Below are positions 1 to 7,773 of a stretch of DNA of 24,587 nt, piece by piece. Positions within the stretch are counted from its first letter, which is position 1. The number at the start of each line of letters is the position of its first letter. The notes below the pieces were generated by a model, which searched no databases, was not told the origin of the DNA, and saw only the letters and a list, made by a program, of their open reading frames with translations. Where the stretch lies: positions 1 through 24,587 of the forward strand of contig DASTZJ010000067.1 of NCBI GenBank assembly GCA_035764345.1, written 5' to 3'. Origin of the DNA: Candidatus Udaeobacter sp. Lineage in GTDB: Bacteria > Verrucomicrobiota > Verrucomicrobiia > Chthoniobacterales > UBA10450. A program made the translations under genes and the position numbers.

Positions 1-320
<320 letters not shown>

Positions 321-424
321 TTAGCATCGCGCGGTCTCTTGCAATCGAAAGCTAAACGCAGCACGCGCTCTCTTAGCAACAACATCAAAGCGATGCAAGC
401 ATCGTTTTAATGTTCGTTAAAATC

Positions 425-507
425 GATGAAGCGTTAAAGCGTTGAAGCGGCTCGGGGCCGCCTGACAATTGCCCTTCAACGTTTCAACCTTTTAAAGCTT
501 CAACGCT
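425..507. repeat. Opposed arrays of 8-nt tandem repeats (GTTGAAGC-like / GCTTCAAC-like)
   Basis: Left units gatgaagc-gttaaagc-gttgaagc (425-448); right units ccttcaac-gtttcaac-cttttaaa-gcttcaac (473-504). 438-448 is the perfect reverse complement of 497-507. Confidence 0.85.
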
Positions 508-516
508 GCGCACGAA

Positions 517-553
517 GGCAAATTTGCCAAAGATTTTTTTTGACGCTTATACT
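517..553 (+). promoter_or_regulatory. Candidate sigma70-type promoter of dnaE with an overlapping palindrome
   Basis: TTGCCA (524-529), 18-nt spacer, TATACT (548-553), ending 14 nt before the dnaE ATG. Perfect palindrome GGCAAATTTGCC (517-528) overlaps the -35. Pattern match only. Confidence 0.45.
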
Positions 554-567
554 GAAATTGAAAACTG

Positions 568-3500
568 ATGCCTCGCGACTCTTTCGTTCACCTCCATTTG
601 CACACTGAATATTCGCTGCTGGATGGCGCCATCCGGATGAAAGAGCTGATGAAAAAAGCGGCTGAATTCAAAATGCCGGCAGTCGCGATCACCGATCACG
701 GGAATTTATTTGGGGCGATTGAATTTTACCAGGAAGCGCAGCGTGCCGGGGTGAAACCGATCATCGGTTGCGAAGCCTATATTGCCCCTGGATCAAATAA
801 AGACCGCCCGGGATCGCGGCGCGATGCTGCCTATCATTTCACTCTGTTGGCGGAAAACGAGACTGGCTACCGAAATCTCGTCAAGTTGGTGACGGCAGCG
901 CACCTCGAAGGGTTCCATTATGCGCCCAGGATCGACAAGGAACTGCTCGCCGCGCACTCGGAAGGATTGATTGGGCTGAGTGGCTGCCTTGCGGGCGAAA
1001 TCAACACCGCAATTCAGGCAAACAACATTGAGAAGGCGAAACAGAGCGCAGCCGAATATCGGGACATTCTCGGCGCGGCGAATTTTTTCATCGAATTGCA
1101 CGATCACGGGATGGAAGAACAGCGGAAATGCATGATAGCGCTGCCGCAAATTGCGCGGGATCTTGGCGTCGGATTGGTCGCGGCAAACGATGTTCACTTT
1201 TTGCGCCGGAGCGATCATCAGGCGCACGATGTCATGCTTTGCATCGGCACCGGTAAAATGGTGCAGGACGAGAACCGGATGCGTTACGTGCCGGAGCTGT
1301 ATTTCAAGTCACCTGCTGAGATGCGCGAGCTATTCCGCGATTTTCCCGAGGCAATTGCGAACACGCTCGAAATTGGCGAACGCTGTCACCTCAATCTCGA
1401 GTTTGGGTGCTCCAAGTATCCGGAGTATCCGGCGCCGCCGGGGAAGACGCGCGAAGAATATTTACGCAAATTGTGTTACGACGGCTTGCGGCAGCGCTAC
1501 GGGGAACGCGCGGCGAACGACCTGGAATTGATTCGACGGCTGGATTACGAGCTGGGCGTTTTCGAAAAAACCGGATTCGTCAGCTATTTGCTCATTGTTT
1601 GGGATTTCATTCATTTTGCCAAAGAAAAAGGCATTCCCGTAGGACCCGGACGCGGCTCTGCCGCTGGTTCGATGGTTACTTACGTTCTCGGGATCACTGA
1701 CATTGATCCGCTCCAGTACGGATTGCTTTTCGAGCGGTTTTTGAATCCGGACCGTGTTTCTCCGCCGGATATCGACGTTGATTTTTGCGAAGCGCGTCGC
1801 GGAGAAGTGCTCGAATATGTGCGACAGAAATACGGTCAACGTCGCGTCGCGCAAATCATCACGTTTGGCAAACTCAAGGCAAAAAGCGTGGTGCGCGATG
1901 TCGGGCGGGTGATGGGGTGGAGTTATCGCGATGCGGATCGCATTGCGAAGATGATCCCAAATGAGCTGAATATCACGCTCGATTCGGCGGTGGAAAAAAA
2001 TCCGGAACTAAAGCGAGCGGTCGCCACGGAGCCGACGACGAGGCAGCTTTTTGATTACGCAAAAATTCTCGAAGGCTTGTCGCGCAATGCGGGTGTGCAC
2101 GCCGCGGGAGTAGTGATCGCCGACCGCGATTTGTCTGATTACATCCCTCTTTGCCGCGATGTGAAAGGCAACGACGTGATTAGCCAGTACGCCATGGGAC
2201 CGCTGAATGATCTGGGCCTCCTGAAGATGGATTTCCTCGGATTGAAAACGCTGACAGTCATTGAGGATACACTGGCCCTGATTCACCAGCGCGAGCCAAA
2301 CTTTTCGCTAAAGGACATTCCACTCGATGATGCGGCTGCGTTTGCCCTCTACAACCGCGGCGAAACGATCGGTCTTTTCCAGATGGAGTCTGGCGGAATG
2401 ACCAGTCTATCGAAACAGTTCGACGTAAAGAAGCTCGACGACATCATCGCATTGATCGCGCTTTACCGGCCCGGGCCCATGGAACTCATCCCTGAATACG
2501 TGAAAGCGAAAAAAGGGATCACGCCGATCAAGTATCTGCATCCGCTGCTCGAAAATATCTGCGCCGATACGTATGGCGTGATGATTTACCAGGAACAGGT
2601 CATGGCTGCGGCAAGCAAACTTGCCGGTTACTCACTCGCGCAAGCCGATCTTCTCCGGCGCGCCATGGGCAAGAAAGACAAGGAGAAGATGGCGAAAGAG
2701 AGAAAAAATTTCATAGAAGGCTGCGCACGCACAAACAAGATTCCGGAAAAGAAAGCGAACGCCATTTTCGATTTGCTCGAAAAATTCGCGGGTTATGGGT
2801 TCAACAAGAGCCACAGTGCAGCCTACGGCGTGATCAGTTATCAAACCGCGTATCTCAAGGCGCATTACCCGGTGGAATTCATGGCGGGTCTGCTGAGCAA
2901 CGAAATCAATAACACGGAAAAAATATCGGTTTTCGTCGGCGAATGCAGAAGGATGGGCGTTTCCATCCTGCCACCGGATGTCAATAAGAGCGGCTTGAAA
3001 TTTATTCCGGAAACTGTAGCCGGGAGCGCTGACCGCGGCAGCGCAGAAAGCACAAAAACCGCCGCAGCCAACGGCAGCGGCTACAATGCCATTCGTTACG
3101 GTCTTGCCGCTATCAAACACGTTGGCGAAACGGCCATGGAAACGGCAATTCGCGAACGCGAACAGCGAGGTGATTTTGTTTCACTGGAGGATTTCTGCAC
3201 GCGGTTGGACTCGCGCGTTGCCAACCGCAAGATGCTTGAGAGCCTTATCAAGGCCGGCGCATTTGATTTCCTGGGTCGCAACCGTTCCGAACTTTTTAGC
3301 TGTATTGATGACGCCGTGACCGCGTCCGCTGCAGCGCAGCGCGACAGAATCGCTGGCCAAGTTTCACTCTTTGATGAAGCAAGCGCTCCCACCGGATCAA
3401 GAAAAAGGCCGGCCACTACGTGGAGCGAGCACGAAAAACTTTCCCACGAGAAAGAGCTGCTCGGTTTTTATGTTAGCGGTCATCCGCTCGACGCATATGC

Positions 3501-4080
3501 AGATATTTTCGCGGTAAAAAACTATCGATCGATCGCTTCGCTGGGCGAACTGGACGATCGTGCGTCGTTCAAGATTGGCGGCGCGATTGTGGAGGTTGAG
3601 AAAAAGTTTACACGGAAAGAGGGCAAACCGTTCGCGGTAGTTTGGGTCGAAGATCGGACGGATATGCTCGAGGTGGTGGTGTGGAATGAAGTTTATCTGA
3701 AAGTCTCAGCCGCGCTCGTGGCGGGACGCGTTGTTGAAATAAAAGGAACGCTGGATAAGCGGGATGAGATTCCTCGCGCTGTGGCACAGGAAGTCAAGAC
3801 GCTTTCGCCTCGAAAGCCCAACGGCGCGACTGAAGGCTCGACAGACTTGGATCAGGAATCTGCGGTGCTTTTGCAGTTCTCTCCGGCTACAACGGGGGAT
3901 GAATTACGAGAAGTGCGCAGGATTCTTGCCAGCTCGCCGGGTCGGCGACCGGTTCGATTGCTGTTTGATCGCGCGAACGGCAACGCGCTGCGTCTGGATG
4001 CAGGCGCGGAGTTTAGTGTGAATCTCACACGTGACCTCGAGGAAAAGCTTTCGCGCTGGCTGGTGACAGAGAAATCGTAA
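568..4080 (+). CDS. dnaE: DNA polymerase III alpha subunit
   Basis: 1170 aa. PHP motif HLHLHTEYSLLDG, GRGSAAGS, catalytic PDIDVDF, KMDFLGL, GYGFNKSHSAAY, C-terminal OB fold. No intein evident. Confidence 0.99.
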   Translation: MPRDSFVHLHLHTEYSLLDGAIRMKELMKKAAEFKMPAVAITDHGNLFGAIEFYQEAQRAGVKPIIGCEAYIAPGSNKDRPGSRRDAAYHFTLLAENETGYRNLVKLVTAAHLEGFHYAPRIDKELLAAHSEGLIGLSGCLAGEINTAIQANNIEKAKQSAAEYRDILGAANFFIELHDHGMEEQRKCMIALPQIARDLGVGLVAANDVHFLRRSDHQAHDVMLCIGTGKMVQDENRMRYVPELYFKSPAEMRELFRDFPEAIANTLEIGERCHLNLEFGCSKYPEYPAPPGKTREEYLRKLCYDGLRQRYGERAANDLELIRRLDYELGVFEKTGFVSYLLIVWDFIHFAKEKGIPVGPGRGSAAGSMVTYVLGITDIDPLQYGLLFERFLNPDRVSPPDIDVDFCEARRGEVLEYVRQKYGQRRVAQIITFGKLKAKSVVRDVGRVMGWSYRDADRIAKMIPNELNITLDSAVEKNPELKRAVATEPTTRQLFDYAKILEGLSRNAGVHAAGVVIADRDLSDYIPLCRDVKGNDVISQYAMGPLNDLGLLKMDFLGLKTLTVIEDTLALIHQREPNFSLKDIPLDDAAAFALYNRGETIGLFQMESGGMTSLSKQFDVKKLDDIIALIALYRPGPMELIPEYVKAKKGITPIKYLHPLLENICADTYGVMIYQEQVMAAASKLAGYSLAQADLLRRAMGKKDKEKMAKERKNFIEGCARTNKIPEKKANAIFDLLEKFAGYGFNKSHSAAYGVISYQTAYLKAHYPVEFMAGLLSNEINNTEKISVFVGECRRMGVSILPPDVNKSGLKFIPETVAGSADRGSAESTKTAAANGSGYNAIRYGLAAIKHVGETAMETAIREREQRGDFVSLEDFCTRLDSRVANRKMLESLIKAGAFDFLGRNRSELFSCIDDAVTASAAAQRDRIAGQVSLFDEASAPTGSRKRPATTWSEHEKLSHEKELLGFYVSGHPLDAYADIFAVKNYRSIASLGELDDRASFKIGGAIVEVEKKFTRKEGKPFAVVWVEDRTDMLEVVVWNEVYLKVSAALVAGRVVEIKGTLDKRDEIPRAVAQEVKTLSPRKPNGATEGSTDLDQESAVLLQFSPATTGDELREVRRILASSPGRRPVRLLFDRANGNALRLDAGAEFSVNLTRDLEEKLSRWLVTEKS
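3015..3085. repeat. GTAG-tagged REP-like doublet inserted in frame in dnaE
   Basis: Perfect 8-bp terminal inverted repeat TGTAGCCG (3015-3022) / CGGCTACA (3078-3085). Two 24-nt palindromic arms (3016-3039, 3061-3084) and a 21-nt spacer. Encodes VAGSADRGSAESTKTAAANGSGY (residues 817-839). Confidence 0.75.
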
Positions 4081-4127
4081 CGACGCTTGCGCTTTCCTTC
4101 AACTCCCGCACTAGCGAAACGCCAACC

Positions 4128-6443
4128 TTACTGGCGTTCCTTCGCTTGTTTTCTTGGGCGAGGCGTTGCTGCCGGATGCGCTTCTGGCCGCGCAAGCGCT
4201 CCCAGCACTAATGTTGCTCGTTCCGGCCCAGCACCTGAGAAACACAATCGAAATTCACGACTGACGCCGTTGGGATCTGGAATGTCGGAGGATTCGGCGA
4301 TCGTTCGCTCTTTTAAACCAATGGTCCAATTGGATTGAAAGAGCCCACCGCAGAACTGCAACTCTGCTACAGCGGGCGCGAGAGTGAACGGCACCGACGC
4401 AAATTCGATTTTATTCATGCAGTCAATTTGGTGGGGCGTCAGATCGAAAATCGGCATCGCTCCACTTACCCTGACCGTCACATTCTTCGTATCCTGAAAA
4501 TCGATCTCTCCACGAAGTGAAAGATCTGAATCCCTGGTCGCAACATTGAGAAACTCTATCGACCCGTGATTTCCTCCAAAAACAATGCGGCCGCTTGCTT
4601 CGGTGAGATTGATAGAGCCTCCTGCGTCGGACAGCTTTCCGTTTACCAGCTGGATGTCTCCATCGAGGTGGGGATGTTGCAATGTTTCGGAAAGCGAAAT
4701 GTTTCCGCTCAAAATGCCGTCGCGGAGAATTTGTGGATGAAAGAGCTGAGGCGCGTTCGCGAGAAAGATTGATGGAAAGTTGAGTGTGATATTCAGCGGA
4801 GATATCCGAAAAGCGTTCCAATCCGTCCCGATTCGCAAAGGAAAATTGGCCGTGAAACTCACCGGGTTGGAATTGGGCATATGGATAACACCGCGTACAT
4901 CCCACTTGCTGGTATCGATGGTTGCCTGAACATCAGCCGGGACTGGGTTTGCTTTTTCAGCGCCTCCGCGCGGAACCGACAGGTAATCGAGCAGGTTATT
5001 CAATCTGGCTTCGAGCGTTCCTGAATAGTCATGCTCGTGCGACAGATCGACTTTGCCCTGTCCGCTGAGGGAATCGTTCTTGCGCGTGATCGCCAATTGT
5101 TCGATCTGCAGGTCGGTCGCTTTCAAATTCAATTTCGCACTCAGGTTGTCGATAGCAGTCTTAAAAAATGTGAGCGAGGCGCCCTCTACCATGAGATGGC
5201 CGCCAAATTTGCGGTCGCGGGTGTCCATTGCTCCATCAATCGTGATTTTGCCCGCAAAATCGCCGGCGTTCGCGCCAAACAGAGCCGCGAAATCGCCCAG
5301 TTGATCGATCGACGCGGAAATGTTGCCCCGAAAATCCGGACTGAGCCAGCCAGATGCACTTGAGGGAAATGCAGCTTCACCGCTTAAAGTGAACTGATTT
5401 GCTCGTTGTTTTATATAGAGCTGCTGGAGTTGAATCTGCCGGTTATAGAGGGCTGCGCCGAGCATGATCGCTTCGGCCGTACGATTGCGCCAGGTAAGAC
5501 CGGTCAGTTCGCTCCAGAGCGATGCGGTCACGCTGTCCGGCTCGGCAAGATTCCCGCGAAAAGTGAAGTTACCAGCGTGGAGCAAGCCGCTAACGCGATC
5601 GGCGAATCCGAATGCTTCCGATGTTTGCTCGAGCGAAATATCCGTAGCCCCGCCGGCAATTTTCCAGTTGGAATGTTCAGAGCGCCATTCGTGCGAAATG
5701 TTTCCGCGAATTTTTCCGCCGAACGCGTCGGCGTCGAACTGCAATCCCACGCGTTGGTTTCCCAGGCGCGACAAGTCTGCCGTAGCAGACTGCAAATCGA
5801 GGCCATGTGTTAAAGTGAGCCCGGCGATTGTCAGGTGATCACCTTCCCAATGAGTTGCACCGCGCAATTGTGAAAACGTTTGATGAAACCATGGTGACGC
5901 AATCATCACCTCGGCAGCACTAAAACGACCCGCTTCGGTCTGATTCGCGGAGAGAAATCCGTTTCGCAGCAAAACAAGCGTCGGCCCGTTCTCAATCCGC
6001 ACCTCCGAGTTGGTGACGGTCAGATTCTCTGGAAGCATTCGGTGCAATGTTGCCCAGCCACGCCGGGTTACGGCTCGCACGGTTGGATTGCTTCGGCGCA
6101 ACTCCCCATGCAATTCCCGAATCGATAGGTTGCGAATGGCGCGACCTCGTCTGTGCAAGAGGATGTGTTTGAAATTCAAGTCGAACATCGCATCCGTGAT
6201 TGTAAGATTAACGCGGAGCGTGCCATCGTGCGCGTTTCTCAGGCGAAGCTGCGTGATCACAACAGGACGCAGGAATGGTGCATCGATCTTGTCGATGTTA
6301 ACAACGAAGCCCTCCTGGCGCGCTCTCCAGCAAATCCACCAGCGAACACCGTGCGAAACGGCAAATGGCGTAAACCAAATTGCCAGCAACGCCGCGAGCA
6401 GGAGAAGCAAACTAGCGAGGAGGAATCGATTTTTTAAGGGCAT
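4128..6443 (-). CDS. AsmA/TamB-like envelope protein (N-terminal membrane anchor, long beta-rich periplasmic region)
   Basis: 771 aa. Hydrophobic N-terminus FLLASLLLLLAALLAIWF, followed by repetitive amphipathic beta-strand segments (e.g. LSGNISLSETLQHPHLDGDIQL) typical of AsmA-like proteins. Family assignment by eye. Confidence 0.6.
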   Translation of the reverse strand: MPLKNRFLLASLLLLLAALLAIWFTPFAVSHGVRWWICWRARQEGFVVNIDKIDAPFLRPVVITQLRLRNAHDGTLRVNLTITDAMFDLNFKHILLHRRGRAIRNLSIRELHGELRRSNPTVRAVTRRGWATLHRMLPENLTVTNSEVRIENGPTLVLLRNGFLSANQTEAGRFSAAEVMIASPWFHQTFSQLRGATHWEGDHLTIAGLTLTHGLDLQSATADLSRLGNQRVGLQFDADAFGGKIRGNISHEWRSEHSNWKIAGGATDISLEQTSEAFGFADRVSGLLHAGNFTFRGNLAEPDSVTASLWSELTGLTWRNRTAEAIMLGAALYNRQIQLQQLYIKQRANQFTLSGEAAFPSSASGWLSPDFRGNISASIDQLGDFAALFGANAGDFAGKITIDGAMDTRDRKFGGHLMVEGASLTFFKTAIDNLSAKLNLKATDLQIEQLAITRKNDSLSGQGKVDLSHEHDYSGTLEARLNNLLDYLSVPRGGAEKANPVPADVQATIDTSKWDVRGVIHMPNSNPVSFTANFPLRIGTDWNAFRISPLNITLNFPSIFLANAPQLFHPQILRDGILSGNISLSETLQHPHLDGDIQLVNGKLSDAGGSINLTEASGRIVFGGNHGSIEFLNVATRDSDLSLRGEIDFQDTKNVTVRVSGAMPIFDLTPHQIDCMNKIEFASVPFTLAPAVAELQFCGGLFQSNWTIGLKERTIAESSDIPDPNGVSREFRLCFSGAGPERATLVLGALARPEAHPAATPRPRKQAKERQ

Positions 6444-6460
6444 TTAGATCGCGGTGGAAA

Positions 6461-6577
6461 TCACGAAGCACGAATGACGAAGGCGGTCCAAATGACGAAG
6501 CTCAAGAAAGCAGGCAGCCATCTTCTCTCTTTCATCATTCGAGCTTCGATATTCATTCGTCATTAGGTATTCATCGT
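6461..6577. repeat. Opposed GAATGACGAA-type tandem repeat arrays
   Basis: cgaagcacgaatgacgaa (6464-6481) matches the reverse complement of ttcatcattcgagcttcg (6531-6548) at 16/18. aatgacgaa (6473-6481 and 6491-6499) is the perfect reverse complement of ttcgtcatt (6556-6564). Confidence 0.8.
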
Positions 6578-7252
6578 TCATTTGGCTTCATTTGCGTCGC
6601 CACCCTTGAAAATCAAATGCACTGGTTGCGGCGCGTGCACGCGTTGCTCGATTTGCTGCTGTAAGGTTCGCTCGGCTTCGGCTGGCAAGTCGCTTTCTGC
6701 TGCTCTTTCTCGTGCAAGCTCAGGTAGAATCGATAATTCGCCTTGCATATCCTGTCCTGAAATGCGGTTCCACAATCCATTTTCAAACGCGAGCACGTCC
6801 ACCTGATCCTGCTCGATACCGAGGATCCGGGCGTGCGGCAACTGGACGATGATTTCATTCGGGCGAACGTCGATCGACAGGTTCTGCCGTAGATCGAAGC
6901 CAGCTTTGGCGATGAACGTGCCATGCAACTTTACACGCTTCGAACTGCCCGCCCAGGTATGGAGGAGTTCGTGTTCAACTTCGATGCGCCGTGACACAAC
7001 AACCAGCTCGCTCACGGGTGTCGTCTGTTCCATATAAACACGGTTGTTAATCGTGATACGCGGCTGCAAATGCGCGATGTCGATAAAAGCGGTGCGCAAA
7101 TCCTTCCCCAGTTTCTCGAGCTCCGCGGTGCTTTGTTGCGCTGTCCGTGCCGGCCAAGTTTCGATGCGCCAAAAAATAATCACGACCACCATGGCGATCA
7201 GCAGCGCCACCAGTGTGAAAGCAAGCGGCCACGAAATTCGGCCCGAATTCAC
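6578..7252 (-). CDS. DUF4230 domain membrane-anchored protein
   Basis: Single N-terminal TM helix (WPLAFTLVALLIAMVVVIIFW), then VKLHGTFIAKAGFDL and IIVQLPHARIL motifs characteristic of DUF4230. Start placed at the in-frame GTG at 7252 because the ORF-track extension to 7297 is made of repeat units. Confidence 0.75.
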   Translation of the reverse strand: MNSGRISWPLAFTLVALLIAMVVVIIFWRIETWPARTAQQSTAELEKLGKDLRTAFIDIAHLQPRITINNRVYMEQTTPVSELVVVSRRIEVEHELLHTWAGSSKRVKLHGTFIAKAGFDLRQNLSIDVRPNEIIVQLPHARILGIEQDQVDVLAFENGLWNRISGQDMQGELSILPELARERAAESDLPAEAERTLQQQIEQRVHAPQPVHLIFKGGDANEAK

Positions 7253-7263
7253 TGATGTCGACA

Positions 7264-7412
7264 TTGAGCGTTTGGACGTTTTCTCTTGTTCGAGCATTCA
7301 CCGAGCAAGAGCAAGAACAAGAACGAAACAGTGAAACGGCGACTTCGCTGACTCGCCGACTCGCCCATTCTTCGTTTCAGGATTGAGCGTTCGGCGTTGA
7401 CCCTTGGACGTT
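7264..7412. repeat. Cluster of three short tandem repeat families (6-, 7- and 8-mers)
   Basis: Hexamers gagcaa-gagcaa-gaacaa-gaacga (7303-7326); octamers gactcgcc x2 (7350-7365); heptamers ttgagcg-ttcggcg-ttgaccc-ttggacg (7383-7410), with a second heptamer pair at 7264-7278. Confidence 0.75.
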
Positions 7413-7587
7413 TTTTCCTCCAAAAAATTACCGCCCCCCACACCCGATAGGCGTGAAGGGCGGCTGTTCCCCCCAGAACAATCGTGAAAAACTTCGAGGC
7501 TACTAAACGAGCTTCCACCAGATCGCAACAAATTTTATCTGAAAAAATTCGCGGGGAACGGGTCGCAGCAAAATGAGGATTGAAATT

Positions 7588-7685
7588 AATGGCGAAGCGC
7601 GAATGTCGAACAACGAAGAAAAATTGAATGACGAAATCCGAAGAGAGGCGAAGCATATTCTTCTTTCCATTTGAGCTTCATCATC
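7588..7685. repeat. Degenerate second copy of the GAATGACGAA opposed-array element
   Basis: aatggcgaagcgcgaatgtcgaa (7588-7610), gaatgacgaa (7626-7635), opposing ttgagcttcatcat (7671-7684). Resembles 6461-6577. Confidence 0.6.
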
Positions 7686-7773
7686 TTTCGAGGGCGCGTC
7701 TTGCGTCGCCGCGATGCGGCATTGTTACCGAGCCGTGCTTGCGGAAGCGCGTGTCGCAGTCTCTAGTTTTTAC

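Noticed and set aside
568-4080. Intein or split dnaE
   Set aside because: Length is normal, there is no C/S...HN splice junction or LAGLIDADG motif, and the only insertion is the 23-aa repeat-derived loop.
7249-7656. 135-aa and 77-aa minus-strand ORFs across the DUF4230-algH spacer
   Set aside because: Largely translations of repeat arrays, with no recognisable domain.
7573-7674. Short ORF beginning MRIEINGEAR, resembling the ThiS N-terminus
   Set aside because: NGEAR is encoded by aatggcgaagcgcga, a variant of the local AATGACGAAGCTCGA repeat. The ORF stops after 33 aa with no C-terminal GG, and no thi genes are nearby.
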